From contig LFCN01000006.1 of the NCBI GenBank assembly GCA_001189075.1, positions 17,605 through 81,604 of the forward strand: a stretch of DNA of 64,000 nt. Direction: 5' to 3'. The translations under genes and the position numbers were made by a program. The notes under the pieces were generated by a model. The model saw only the letters and a list, made by a program, of their open reading frames with translations, did no database searches and was not told the origin of the DNA. Origin of the DNA: Parcubacteria bacterium C7867-004 (GTDB lineage Bacteria; Patescibacteriota; Minisyncoccia; Phycocordibacterales; Phycocordibacteraceae). Position 1 is the stretch's first letter; each line of letters begins with the position of its first letter. Below, in pieces: positions 1-10,140 of the stretch.

Positions 1-1234
1 ACTCGTCTCCCTTGCTCACATGATCGAATACGAGGTCCAGCGCTTCATTGAACTTGAGCGACTGCAGTTTCTGCGTGAACTCTTCCTCCACGCGCAGATC
101 ATACGGTGACAAGGTGACCGGCTCCTCAAGATGTTCCTCGGCGAGCTTCATCACGCGCGCGACCAGATTACCCAGTCCGTTCACCAGATTAGCCGTATAC
201 CATTCATCAAGCCGTTCCCACGTAACATCAGAGTCTTCGGTAGGGTGTACATGCCTGAGGAGCAGATAGCGGGTCGCTTCCGTTCCATACTTCTCCACAA
301 GCTCATACGGACTTATGACGTTGCCGGTCGACTTACTCATGCGCTGTCCGCCTGAGTTTATGAAGCCGTGATAGAAGACCTGGTCGGTGTTCTTGATATC
401 GAGCGACATGAGCATCGCTTGCCACATAAGCGACTGGAACCGGACCTGATCCTTCCCAGCTACCTGCAGCGTCGTTCCCTCCTCCCAGAATTTCTTGAAG
501 TTCCCTTCCTGATCGTCAGGCCAACCGAGCGTCGAGATATAGCTCGTAAGCGCATCGAACCAGACGTACATGACATGGCTCGGGTCTCCGGGAACTGGGA
601 TACCCCAGGACAGTTTCTGTACGTCGCGCGATATGCTGAAATCTTCGAGACCTCCGTTTACGAAATTGAGTGCCTCTTCGCGTCGCCAATCCGGGATTAT
701 GACGTCCTTCCTGTTCAGGTATTCAATCAGTCGGTCCTGGTACTTTGAGAACCGGAAGAAGTAGTTCTCTTCGGTACGTTCCTCAAGCGTAAGGGTTGGG
801 TGCAAGATGCAGCGGTCGCCCTCGAGCTCGCGCTCGGTCTTATACGCTTCGCAACCGACGCAGTAGAGGCCGGTATAAGACTTCTTATAGATATCGCCAG
901 CGGCGTCGCACCGCTTCCACATCTCCGTAGCAGCAGCATAGTGCGCAGGGTCGCTTGTGCGGATGAAGGCGTCGGTCGAGAGGTTCAGCAGTTCGCGGAG
1001 CTTATGCACTTCCTCAGCGTAGTGATCGACATAGTCCTTCACGCTCTGTCCGGCCTTCTCCGCAGCCTCGAATATCTTCTGGCCATGCTCGTCCGTGCCC
1101 GTCGTAAAGAACACGTCTTCCCCGTTCGCGCGCCAGGAGCGTACGAGCGCATCCGCCTGCAGTATCTCCACCGCGAAACCGATATGCGGATCGGCATTCA
1201 CGTACGGCAGGGTCGTGGTGATATAGCGGGCCAT
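1..1234 (-). CDS. metG: methionyl-tRNA synthetase, N-terminal ~411 aa; C-terminus lies beyond the window start
   Basis: Manual minus-strand translation starts MARYITTTLPYVNADPHIGF. It has a class-I HIGH-type motif (here HIGF), a TGTDEHGQKI motif, a CxxC...C zinc knuckle and QRMSKS (KMSKS). No stop codon before the window edge. Confidence 0.8.
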   Translation of the reverse strand, partial: MARYITTTLPYVNADPHIGFAVEILQADALVRSWRANGEDVFFTTGTDEHGQKIFEAAEKAGQSVKDYVDHYAEEVHKLRELLNLSTDAFIRTSDPAHYAAATEMWKRCDAAGDIYKKSYTGLYCVGCEAYKTERELEGDRCILHPTLTLEERTEENYFFRFSKYQDRLIEYLNRKDVIIPDWRREEALNFVNGGLEDFSISRDVQKLSWGIPVPGDPSHVMYVWFDALTSYISTLGWPDDQEGNFKKFWEEGTTLQVAGKDQVRFQSLMWQAMLMSLDIKNTDQVFYHGFINSGGQRMSKSTGNVISPYELVEKYGTEATRYLLLRHVHPTEDSDVTWERLDEWYTANLVNGLGNLVARVMKLAEEHLEEPVTLSPYDLRVEEEFTQKLQSLKFNEALDLVFDHVSKGDE

Positions 1235-1249
1235 GTGTAAGGTGCGGAG

Positions 1250-2317
1250 CTACGCGGCACTCGCCCGAGTGCGCTTGCGACGCTCAAAGTCGTTGAGGAA
1301 CTCGCGCGCTGCTGCAGCGAGTGGAATGGAAAGGAGGACACCAAGGAATCCAGCAAGACTGCCACCCACGATGAGCGCGAGGATCACGAGAAGCGGCGGG
1401 ATACCCACCACCTTGTTCACCACGAGCGGATAGATAAGATTCGCTTCGAACTGGTTCACGATGAAGTAGAGTCCGGCTACGATGAGCCCGAGCGTAAGCC
1501 CGCCGCTCGTGAACGCGACGATAACGGCGACGATACCGGCGATGAAGGAGCCAAATATCGGGATCAGATCGAGTACCGCGGTGAGCACGGCGAGCAGGAG
1601 CGCATACGGTACACCGAGTATGAGAAGACCGAGGTATACAATCACGCCTACGATGAGTGAGAGCAGGAGCTGTCCCTGCATCCACTGCCCTATCTTCTTC
1701 TGCGCACGGCCCCAGAGATCGACAACGTATTCTTCGTGCTTTGCAGGGGTCACGAGCCGCAGGAAGTCCTCGACACCCTTCTCCTGTATCGCGAAATAAA
1801 ATGAGAGGACGATGACGAGTATGAGCGCAAAGATGCCGCCGAAGAAGGTCGAGAGCACCCGGACCGCTCCGCCGGACGTGTCAGCGAACGCGGACTGGAA
1901 CGCGAAGAGCGTGTCGAATATCGATTGCGCCTGATCCTGTCCGGCGGCAATGCGTGCCGTGTCAGCGAATCCCATGAGGGGTCCTGGGATATTCAACGTA
2001 TCAAGATACTCCGGCGCCGTTGAGAGGAAATTCTGCGCATCGTTCAGTATCGGTGGTATGAAGAAGTACACGATAGCGAACAAGGAACCAAAGACTGTGA
2101 GATACATGAGTGCCACCGAAAGGACACGCGGAAGGCGCCGTTTCGTGAAGAATTGCACACCCGGCTCAATCGCCGAAGCGATGACGACAGCGGTGAGGAC
2201 AAGCAGAGCGAGATCGCGGAGCGTCCAGAACGCGAACGCAGCTGCGCAGATCAGCAGGATCATGACGACCGTGCCCGGGGTGATTGTGATTGAGACGTTC
2301 TTGTTCATATGGGTCAT
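1250..2317 (-). CDS. AI-2E family (PerM/UPF0118-like) membrane transporter
   Basis: 355-aa polytopic membrane protein with a hydrophobic profile and motifs typical of the AI-2E/PerM family. Confidence 0.65.
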   Translation of the reverse strand: MTHMNKNVSITITPGTVVMILLICAAAFAFWTLRDLALLVLTAVVIASAIEPGVQFFTKRRLPRVLSVALMYLTVFGSLFAIVYFFIPPILNDAQNFLSTAPEYLDTLNIPGPLMGFADTARIAAGQDQAQSIFDTLFAFQSAFADTSGGAVRVLSTFFGGIFALILVIVLSFYFAIQEKGVEDFLRLVTPAKHEEYVVDLWGRAQKKIGQWMQGQLLLSLIVGVIVYLGLLILGVPYALLLAVLTAVLDLIPIFGSFIAGIVAVIVAFTSGGLTLGLIVAGLYFIVNQFEANLIYPLVVNKVVGIPPLLVILALIVGGSLAGFLGVLLSIPLAAAAREFLNDFERRKRTRASAA

Positions 2318-2358
2318 GCTATCACAGAGGCACGCCCTCCTGAATCCGAGAGTATTCG

Positions 2359-3753
2359 TTAGGAAATGGTGCTTCGAAGTCGTTCCGCGGCTTCCGCTAT
2401 CGTCACCCGTTCCTGCTCGCCGGTATCGCGATGTCGAAGCGTAACCGTATCGAGAAGCTCAGGATTCTCGCCAAGGGTGTCGAAGTCGATCGTGATGCAG
2501 AACGGGGTGCCGATCTCATCCTGACGGCGGTACCGCTTGCCGATGTTGCCATTGTCATCGAACGCGGCACGTACCCCTGCCTTCTTGAAGAGCGCATATA
2601 CGTCGCGCGCCTTGTCCACGAGCTCCGGCTTGTTCTTAAGGAGCGGAAATACGGCTGCTTGATACGGAGCCAGGTGCGGCGCAAGCGCGAGATAGATGCG
2701 CTTCTCTCCCCCGAGCTCATCCTCTCGGTACGCGTCCGCGAACACTGCCAAGAACATGCGTCCCATGCCGACTGAGGTCTCAAGGATCCACGGCACATAC
2801 TTCTCACCGGTCTCCTGATCCAGGTAGCGCAGGTCTACACCCGAGAACTCCATGTGCTGGGTCAGGTCGTAGTCAGAACGGTCATGGATACCTTCGAGCT
2901 CGTCGAATCCGAGCGACGGGAAATTGTATTCGATATCCCACGCGTCCTTCGCATAGAACACGAGATTCTCGTGCTGATGCCACCGGAGGTTCTCTTCCCG
3001 TATACCCTGGGCAAGGTACCAGTTCCACCGGTCCTGCTTTATCTGCTCGTAGGCCTGCTTGTTCTCATTCGGACGGATGAAGTACTGGGTATCCGCCTGC
3101 TCAAGCTCACGGGTACGGAACAGGAAGTTCCTTGGTGCTATCTCGTTGCGGAATGCTTTCCCTATCTGGACGACGCCGAACGGGATCTTGGGGTTCATGG
3201 TGTCGACAATATTGCGGTAGTCGAGATAGATGCCCTGACAGGCTTCACCCGGAAGATACACCGGTTCGCTTCCGTCTGAGGTGAAGTCACCGAGGTTCGA
3301 TTGCACAAGGAGATTGAATGCTCGCGCTTCAGAGAAATTCTTCTTGTGACACTTCGGGCAGGCGATCTCGGCACGATGTGCGTCAAAGAGAGTATTTATC
3401 TCCTCGATAGACATCTTCTCGTCCGCCACGACGCCGACGTTCGCGAGCTCCTTATCAACGCGGATGCGCGTATTGCACTCCTTGCACTCGGCAAGCGGAT
3501 CAGAAAAGCCGCCCACGTGGCCGCTGGCTTCCCAGGTGCGGGGGTTTTTGAACATCGCGGCGTCGAGGCCGTAGTAGTTCTCCTTGTCGTAGACATTCGC
3601 CTTCCACCAGGAACGCTTGAGATTATTCAAAAGCTCGACACCGTTAGGACCGAAGTCATAGGTACCAGCGAGCCCGCCATAGATCTCCGAGCCCGGGAAT
3701 ACGAAACCGCGGCGCTTAGCGAGCGAGACGATGGTATCGAGATCAACAGACAT
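2359..3753 (-). CDS. glyQS: glycyl-tRNA synthetase (class II, dimeric GlyQS type)
   Basis: 464-aa ORF whose N-terminus VSLAKRRGFVFPGSEIYGGLAGTYDFGPNGVELLNNLKRSWW is characteristic of GlyRS. C-terminal anticodon-binding region present. Confidence 0.9.
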   Translation of the reverse strand: MSVDLDTIVSLAKRRGFVFPGSEIYGGLAGTYDFGPNGVELLNNLKRSWWKANVYDKENYYGLDAAMFKNPRTWEASGHVGGFSDPLAECKECNTRIRVDKELANVGVVADEKMSIEEINTLFDAHRAEIACPKCHKKNFSEARAFNLLVQSNLGDFTSDGSEPVYLPGEACQGIYLDYRNIVDTMNPKIPFGVVQIGKAFRNEIAPRNFLFRTRELEQADTQYFIRPNENKQAYEQIKQDRWNWYLAQGIREENLRWHQHENLVFYAKDAWDIEYNFPSLGFDELEGIHDRSDYDLTQHMEFSGVDLRYLDQETGEKYVPWILETSVGMGRMFLAVFADAYREDELGGEKRIYLALAPHLAPYQAAVFPLLKNKPELVDKARDVYALFKKAGVRAAFDDNGNIGKRYRRQDEIGTPFCITIDFDTLGENPELLDTVTLRHRDTGEQERVTIAEAAERLRSTIS

Positions 3754-3763
3754 AAATAGAGGA

Positions 3764-5671
3764 TTATTTCACTTCGCCGAACCCGGGCTGGTACGCCGGA
3801 TCGGTCACAGTGAGTGCAGTCACTTCAGAGGCAGTGGTGGTGAGCGTCTTCTTGGTGAAGCGATCGACACCCGTTACTTCCTGTATGAAGAGCAGTACAG
3901 GACTTGTACCGCGCTGGGACACGCTTGGCAACAATGCGACCTGGAAGGCTCCGAGTTTAGCCACGTTCGCATACCCTGCCCCGACCATGACGTCGCCTGC
4001 GTTCCAGGTAACGATGCGTGAGACCGGATCATAGGTCAACGAGCCGTCGGAAGGGTTCACCGCTCCCGTGAAGCGCACGTATGACGGAAGTTTCGCCGTC
4101 ACGCGCACGTCCCCGACGGAGTTGAGGGTGTTCGAGAGGGCGAACTGGATCGTGTACGTGGACTCCTGGTCCGCGACCGGCGGCCAGGGTCCCGTATTGG
4201 TGAACCCGCCGATGGTGCGGAGCGAGCGGGTCTTGAGCGAGAGATCGGTGCCGATCTTGATTGTTCGCACGAGCGTCGACTGGATGCTCTGCTGCGTGTT
4301 CCCTTCCGCGTTCCTGCCGGCGACTGATATGGTCGCCGTAATGTTCGGCTGACTTACGCCCGCGAGCGCGCCGGCGCTCTTGGTAGCGAAAGTGAACGAA
4401 CCGTTCCCGGTGCCTCCTGGCGCAAGCCGAGTGAGCCCGTCATCCGTCTCTCGGTTGAACACGACGGTAGTATCGGAAGAACGATAGAACCCGTTCATCG
4501 CGACCACGGACGACGCATCGAGTGCATTGCCGGAGAGCTTGATGGATACCTGACCATCGAGTATCTGGCTCGGCAGCGTGTTCACCCATGAGACCAACGC
4601 CTGCACCGGAGATCCGGCCGGAATAACCGGCGTCTCCCCTGAATCGCGATTGATCGAGAGCGTGCTTGATAGGAAGGGCTTTGCGAGCGCTATGGTGCTG
4701 TCGGTCTTCGCGTACTGCACCGCGAGCTCAGGAGCATCCGCGTTCGCCTGGGTCCCCGCTATGAAATGGAAGACGCGCTGTTCCGCGTTCTCAGCGGCGA
4801 GCGTGCCTGTAAGTGTAACGGTCTTCTCTTCTCCGGGAAGGAGCGTGCCGACAGGAACGATCGGTTTCTGTCCGGTCTTAAGCGTGAAGCCGAACGGGAG
4901 CGGTTCGAGCTTCACCGCAACCAGATCAAGAGGGGTCTTCGCGTTCGACTTCACCCGTATCGCAAACGTAAGGGGCTGTCCTGCCTGTGGATCGCTCGCT
5001 GCTTCCGCACGAACCGTGAGCGGCGACGAGATGATGGTTACCTCATAAGTCGTCTCCTTAACGAATACGGCGTCCGATCCCTCGACCCGGTACTCGAGCT
5101 TGATCGGTATGGATATGCGTTCATTCTCCGCACCGGCGAGGATCACGTCAATCGTCTTCTGTGCCATGGCACTCGCTTCGATACCCCCGACCGTATCGCT
5201 CAGGTGCTGCATCGGCTTGGTCTCATCATCGCCGTCGCGCGCGGTCTCCGGAAAATCAACCGAAAGCACGGTTGAGTGGATCAAGACGGGATTCTTGTTC
5301 TCTACCGAGATGAGGAGCGAGATACGTTCCCCACTCGCGATAGCGCTCGGCGCATCCGCAGTTATGAACACCCGGTCGGTCGAGACCGAGCGGCTGCCGA
5401 ATATGAGGAATGCGGCGGCGGCGATAGCGGCGAGCACGAAGAAACCTGCAGCAACGATGAGGAATATAACGGACTTCGAGAGCGGCTTCTTAGGAGGAGG
5501 CGGGAGTGGCGGTGGCGGAGGAACCCAGCCCACGGGCTTGGCTTCCGGCGCCGTGATGGTCGTAAGTACCGGAACCGGGAACGGATCTACCGGCTTCTGT
5601 GCATACAGTTTCTGCTCGAGTTTCTCGAGCGGGTCGGCATTCCCTTCGGGTGCGGGCGTCTGAGGAGGCAT
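3764..5671 (-). CDS. hypothetical membrane-anchored surface protein with repeated beta-sandwich-like domains
   Basis: 635-aa ORF with a Pro-rich N-terminus (PPPPPLPPPPKKP) followed by one TM segment. Long T/S/V-rich repeated extracellular region. No enzymatic motif. Confidence 0.4.
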   Translation of the reverse strand: MPPQTPAPEGNADPLEKLEQKLYAQKPVDPFPVPVLTTITAPEAKPVGWVPPPPPLPPPPKKPLSKSVIFLIVAAGFFVLAAIAAAAFLIFGSRSVSTDRVFITADAPSAIASGERISLLISVENKNPVLIHSTVLSVDFPETARDGDDETKPMQHLSDTVGGIEASAMAQKTIDVILAGAENERISIPIKLEYRVEGSDAVFVKETTYEVTIISSPLTVRAEAASDPQAGQPLTFAIRVKSNAKTPLDLVAVKLEPLPFGFTLKTGQKPIVPVGTLLPGEEKTVTLTGTLAAENAEQRVFHFIAGTQANADAPELAVQYAKTDSTIALAKPFLSSTLSINRDSGETPVIPAGSPVQALVSWVNTLPSQILDGQVSIKLSGNALDASSVVAMNGFYRSSDTTVVFNRETDDGLTRLAPGGTGNGSFTFATKSAGALAGVSQPNITATISVAGRNAEGNTQQSIQSTLVRTIKIGTDLSLKTRSLRTIGGFTNTGPWPPVADQESTYTIQFALSNTLNSVGDVRVTAKLPSYVRFTGAVNPSDGSLTYDPVSRIVTWNAGDVMVGAGYANVAKLGAFQVALLPSVSQRGTSPVLLFIQEVTGVDRFTKKTLTTTASEVTALTVTDPAYQPGFGEVK

Positions 5672-5692
5672 CGTGCTCCAGTATAGCCTACC

Positions 5693-6244
5693 TTAAAGGC
5701 CTGAAGCGGTAATACCCCGATTGATACGCATCACGATATCCCTGCGAGTGATCGGCGAAAGAGGTTCATTGATCTCAATCGACGGCAGCGGTCCGGCATC
5801 GAGACCGAGCGAGCGGAGTATCGTAAGCGCCGCGAGGCACTCGAGCGCGTCTTGCGCGTCTTCGGTCGCCTCGGGAAGAGCACGAAGGAAATCGAGATAG
5901 GTATCGTACAGAACCGAGTCACCCGCTTCCTCATGAACGAGCCTAAGCAGCAGGCTCGCCACGCGCCCGGCACGGAGCCGGCCTTGCTGGTCGAGGTTCC
6001 TGAAATGATCTTCGGTCAGGAGCGCTCCGGACAAGCGCCACCCTTCCTTCCCTCGCACGAGCGTTACTTCAGTCTCCGAAAGCGTCTGGAGCGCACTCGC
6101 GAGCTTCGCTCCTGGCTTCCGCAAGCCTTCGGCACGGGCACGGATAAGTCCCAGGTCGTCCGTAAGGAGCGTGATAAGAGAAGCCGATTCCTTGAGCGAG
6201 GTTCGTTTCAGCACTAGTGCGCGGGTGACGTATTTATGCCGCAT
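5693..6244 (-). CDS. recO: DNA repair protein RecO-like (short form)
   Basis: N-terminus [43 protein letters not shown] matches the RecO N-terminal OB-fold pattern. Start chosen at the internal Met to avoid overlap with ileS. Confidence 0.5.
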   Translation of the reverse strand: MRHKYVTRALVLKRTSLKESASLITLLTDDLGLIRARAEGLRKPGAKLASALQTLSETEVTLVRGKEGWRLSGALLTEDHFRNLDQQGRLRAGRVASLLLRLVHEEAGDSVLYDTYLDFLRALPEATEDAQDALECLAALTILRSLGLDAGPLPSIEINEPLSPITRRDIVMRINRGITASGL

Positions 6245-9200
6245 TGCGCGAAATCCTAAACCTGACCGGTCCCGTTGAGAGCTCGGCAACATGCGCGCCA
6301 TCCTCTGTCCGCTCTATAGTCACCGTATCCTTTGGCGAGAACCCTTCCGTTTTCCTCGCTTCTGCTACCGCGCGCGCGAATGTGCGTTCATCCCCCTCCT
6401 TGATGAGGTCTTCCGTGAGCTCAAAATCGAAATCAATCTTCTCCGCTTCCATCGTTACCGTATTCACATTCACCTCTTCAGCGAGGAGTTTCGCGAGATC
6501 CTTGGAAAGCGTTCCGGGAATGAAAAGTGTCGCCAGTGGCTGACGCACTTTCACATCCGCTTGCTGGCGAAGGCGAAGCGCTTCGGACGCCAGCGTTCGC
6601 ACGCGCTTCATCTCTTCAATGAGTTTCGCGTCGCGTGCATCACTTCCTGAGAGCGCGTGAAGAAGTCCGGAACGGGTGGTTGGCCAGTCTGCCAGGTGCA
6701 CGCTCTCCACGTCCGTACTCATGCGAACTTGGCTAAACACCTCTTCGGCGATGAACGGAGCGAATGGCGCCATAAGGAGCGCGCATGTACGAAGCGTCTC
6801 TTGGAGGGTCTCAAGCGCTGCCGGGTCCCCGTCACGCGCACGGTCGCGGATACTACGCACGTACCACTGCGATACGTCCTCTATGAGGTGAGCGATGGAA
6901 CGAGTAGCATCATAGAGCTTGTATGCATCCATTGCACGAGTTACTTCCGTAACCGTCTCCTTGACGCGTGCGTTCATCCATCGGTCGATTACGGTCTCGC
7001 TGCCGCTTCCCTTCGCGTCCTTGAACAGGGCGTAGAATTTCGCACTGTTATCGAGCCAGCCGATGACGCGAGCTGCTTCCTTTACGGTCTTCTCATCAAA
7101 GTTCTTTGAGTCTCCCGGCTGGTTCACGTAGTACATCCAAAACCGTAAGGTATCGACGCCGAACTTCTCGATCGCCTCCCATGGATTAACCACATTCCCT
7201 TTCGACTTGGACATCTTCGCGCCCTTCTCATCAAGCAAGTGACCGAGGCATATCACGTTCTTATAGGGTGCACCGCGGCCCATAAGCGTTCCTACGGCGA
7301 GAAGCGTGTAGAACCAGCCGCGTGTCTGATCGATCGCCTCGCTGATGAAATCAGCTGGGTATCCTTTTCCATCGATCCACTGCTTGTTCTCGAATGGGTA
7401 GTGATCCTGGGCGAACGGCATGGCTCCCGAGTCGAACCACACATCCATAACTTCAGGAACACGGCGAAGCTCGCTTCCCTCTTCTCCTATGAGAACGACG
7501 TCATCGATATACGGACGGTGCAGATCGAGCTCGTACGCTTCGTTATGCGGAAGCGGCACGAACGGAAGCTCCTTGAACTCGCCGCGCTTGGCGTGCATCG
7601 AGGTTATCGCAGTCCACGCGTCTTTCTTATTCAATCCGGCAGCTACCGTCTCGAGGGACTCGAACGCGATTCCGTGCGAGACGATGAGGATGGTCTCGTC
7701 TTTGTGCGTTCGCTCGAGTTCATAGAGGAAATCACCGAACCGCTCGCGAGCATCCTGATAGCTCTCTCCTCCGGGGATTCGATCGTCGCAAGACGACATC
7801 TTCTCTTTTCGATACGTAAAGAATTCTGAGTACGCAGTACCGTCCTGGTCTCCGAACCCGAACTCACGGAGGCGGTCGTCGGTAACAATCGCGCCTTTGG
7901 GAATGCCTGCGTTTTCAGCGATAATCGCCGCCGTCTGCTGCGCGCGCGCGAATGGCGAGGCGTAGATCTTGGTGATCTTCTCGTTCGCGAGCTTCTTCCC
8001 CGCTTCGGTAACCTGTGTCCTACCCGTTTCCGTTAGCGAGTACTTGTCCCGGTCGACACTATTCAGTATGTTCGCCACGTTATGCTCGGCCTCTCCGTGC
8101 CGCATGATGAAATACCGGTTCCCGCTTTTCTTCGTCATCTGTTTCAGTTCTTCAACCGAGCCGATGGTTACGCGCTCTGTGCCATCTACGTTCTGCCACA
8201 CCGGAAGCGGGGTGCCCCAGTACCGTTCACGAGATATAGCCCAATCACGAACGCCGTTCAGCCATTCGCCCATGCGACCTTCGCGTATGTGCGACGGCTC
8301 CCAATTAACTGCGGCATTGTTCGCGATGAGCTTCTCCTTCAGGTCCTGCATGCGGATGTACCAGGAATCGCGCGCGTAATAGATGAGCGGCGTCTTACAG
8401 CGCCAGCAGAATGGGTACGTGTGCGCATGATTCTCCTGAGAGAAGAACAATTCGCGGCGCTTGAGGTCATCAATGATCTCCACGGCGAGCGTCGGCTTGC
8501 TGTTCGCGTCAGCCTCCTTCACGTAGCGGCCGGCGAGGAATCCGGTACCCGGAACGAATGTCCCGTCCGGCTGCACCAAGTGCACTTTAGGAAGTCCCTC
8601 CTTTTGACCGAGCTCGAAGTCGTCCTGACCGTACATGACCGCCGTATGCACGATGCCGGTACCGTCTTCGGTGGTAACGAACGGAGCGGTGTACACGCGG
8701 AACGCCTTGTCTGCGAACTTCGGCTTCTCCGTTTCAGATGCGGTGTCGCGTGCGAACGGATAGAGCGGCGCATACGACTTGCCCACGAGATCCGCACCAA
8801 CTACGTTCTTGATTACTTCGTGCGTCTTTTCTGTAAATATCTTTTGAACTAATGCTGAAGCGAGGATGTAGGTCCCGCCTTCGGCCTTAACGTATGAATA
8901 TTCGATATCCTTCCCTACCGCGAGCGCGACGTTACCCGGCAGCGTCCACGGCGTCGTGGTCCACGCAAGGAAGTAGGTGCCCGGCTCATCCACTAGCTCG
9001 AACTTCACCGTCACCGACAAATCTTTTACATCCGCGTAGCCCTGCGCGAGCTCATGAGATGAGAGCGCGGTTCCGCAGCGAGTGCACCACGGCACTACCT
9101 TATAGTCCTTGAAGAGGCGTCCGTCATCGGAGACTTTCTTCATGACGTTCCAAACCGATTCCATGAATGACGGGTCGAACGTAAAGTACGCCTTATCCTG

Positions 9201-9623
9201 ATCGACCCAGTACGCGATGCGGTCGGTGAAGCGACCCCACTCCTCGATGTAGGTCATCACGCTTTCGCGACACTTCCTATTGAATGCGGCGATGCCGTAC
9301 TTCTCTATGTCCTGCTTGCCGGAGAAGCTGAGCTGCTTCTCCACCTCGAGCTCTACCGGAAGGCCGTGCGTGTCCCAGCCGGCGCGGCGCGCTACCCGGT
9401 ATCCGCGCATGGTCTTATAGCGCGGGATCGCATCCTTGAAGGAGCGGGATTCTATGTGATGCACACCCGGGCGGCCGTTTGCGGTAGGAGGGCCTTCGTA
9501 GAACACGAAGTCGCCCTTGGGGGGCTTCTTCGCGAGGCTCTTCTCGAAGATGCCATTCGTCTTCCACGACGCGAGAATGCGCTCTTCCCGTTTGACCGCC
9601 TCTGATTTCTCGCTATCAGCCAT
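6234..9623 (-). CDS. ileS: isoleucyl-tRNA synthetase with an inserted histidine-phosphatase (PGAM/SixA-like) domain
   Basis: 1129-aa ORF. N-terminus [17 protein letters not shown] (variant HIGH), CP1 editing domain, [23 protein letters not shown] and KMSKSKGN are all present. Residues ~500-660 read [11 protein letters not shown]...ILIVSHG, a histidine phosphatase fold. Confidence 0.9.
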   Translation of the reverse strand: MADSEKSEAVKREERILASWKTNGIFEKSLAKKPPKGDFVFYEGPPTANGRPGVHHIESRSFKDAIPRYKTMRGYRVARRAGWDTHGLPVELEVEKQLSFSGKQDIEKYGIAAFNRKCRESVMTYIEEWGRFTDRIAYWVDQDKAYFTFDPSFMESVWNVMKKVSDDGRLFKDYKVVPWCTRCGTALSSHELAQGYADVKDLSVTVKFELVDEPGTYFLAWTTTPWTLPGNVALAVGKDIEYSYVKAEGGTYILASALVQKIFTEKTHEVIKNVVGADLVGKSYAPLYPFARDTASETEKPKFADKAFRVYTAPFVTTEDGTGIVHTAVMYGQDDFELGQKEGLPKVHLVQPDGTFVPGTGFLAGRYVKEADANSKPTLAVEIIDDLKRRELFFSQENHAHTYPFCWRCKTPLIYYARDSWYIRMQDLKEKLIANNAAVNWEPSHIREGRMGEWLNGVRDWAISRERYWGTPLPVWQNVDGTERVTIGSVEELKQMTKKSGNRYFIMRHGEAEHNVANILNSVDRDKYSLTETGRTQVTEAGKKLANEKITKIYASPFARAQQTAAIIAENAGIPKGAIVTDDRLREFGFGDQDGTAYSEFFTYRKEKMSSCDDRIPGGESYQDARERFGDFLYELERTHKDETILIVSHGIAFESLETVAAGLNKKDAWTAITSMHAKRGEFKELPFVPLPHNEAYELDLHRPYIDDVVLIGEEGSELRRVPEVMDVWFDSGAMPFAQDHYPFENKQWIDGKGYPADFISEAIDQTRGWFYTLLAVGTLMGRGAPYKNVICLGHLLDEKGAKMSKSKGNVVNPWEAIEKFGVDTLRFWMYYVNQPGDSKNFDEKTVKEAARVIGWLDNSAKFYALFKDAKGSGSETVIDRWMNARVKETVTEVTRAMDAYKLYDATRSIAHLIEDVSQWYVRSIRDRARDGDPAALETLQETLRTCALLMAPFAPFIAEEVFSQVRMSTDVESVHLADWPTTRSGLLHALSGSDARDAKLIEEMKRVRTLASEALRLRQQADVKVRQPLATLFIPGTLSKDLAKLLAEEVNVNTVTMEAEKIDFDFELTEDLIKEGDERTFARAVAEARKTEGFSPKDTVTIERTEDGAHVAELSTGPVRFRISRNAA

Positions 9624-9711
9624 ATCCTACCTATCCTAGCGTTTACCGTATGAAAAGGAAAACGGCCGCGCATAAAGCGAAGCCGCAGCAATAGATCAGT
9701 ACCCGGTCGGT

Positions 9712-10053
9712 CTAGGTCGTGACCGCGACAGGAAGCGGTTTGCCAGCCTTGGCCAGATCCATCAGGTAGGCGACGATCCTGCGGAGGAAATCCGGGACAG
9801 TCGGGTTCCTCGTGAAGCTGAACTCGGTCTGGGTCTGGCGAATGGCCTTCCTGAGGCGCCGCTCCTTGATCCGTTCGTTCCTCCGAACCCTGCCGGCCTC
9901 CGGATGGAGAAGCCTGGTCGCGGCCTCGATGAAGCGTTTCGGGTCGAACCCCTGTCGCTCGCAGAAGGTTTCCACCTTCGTGCGCCAGGTTTTGTGGTCC
10001 CCCGCGATCGAGAGGTCGGCGGTCAGGCTCGTCGGCTCAATGTTCAAGTGCAA
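9712..10053 (-). CDS. hypothetical protein (113 aa)
   Basis: ORF flanked by ~90-nt spacers between ileS and argS. Basic and Arg-rich, with no recognisable motif. Confidence 0.35.
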   Translation of the reverse strand: MHLNIEPTSLTADLSIAGDHKTWRTKVETFCERQGFDPKRFIEAATRLLHPEAGRVRRNERIKERRLRKAIRQTQTEFSFTRNPTVPDFLRRIVAYLMDLAKAGKPLPVAVTT

Positions 10054-10140
10054 CGTAAACCCCCTAACGAATGATGACGCACCCTGTGCGCGCCACGAAA
10101 TCGACGATACTCCTATTCTTTCGTCGGAGCAAGGAGATAT

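Noticed and set aside
368-1240. Plus-strand ORFs (368-748, 800-1240) at the window start
   Set aside because: The minus strand here encodes a clear MetRS (HIGH-like, KMSKS, zinc knuckle) that simply lacks a stop because it runs off the window. The plus-strand ORFs are antisense artefacts.
8082-8852. 256-aa plus-strand ORF (and several other plus-strand ORFs between 6244 and 9605) antisense to ileS
   Set aside because: They lie entirely inside the well-supported IleRS gene on the opposite strand and have no recognisable motifs. They are typical spurious antisense ORFs in high-GC DNA.
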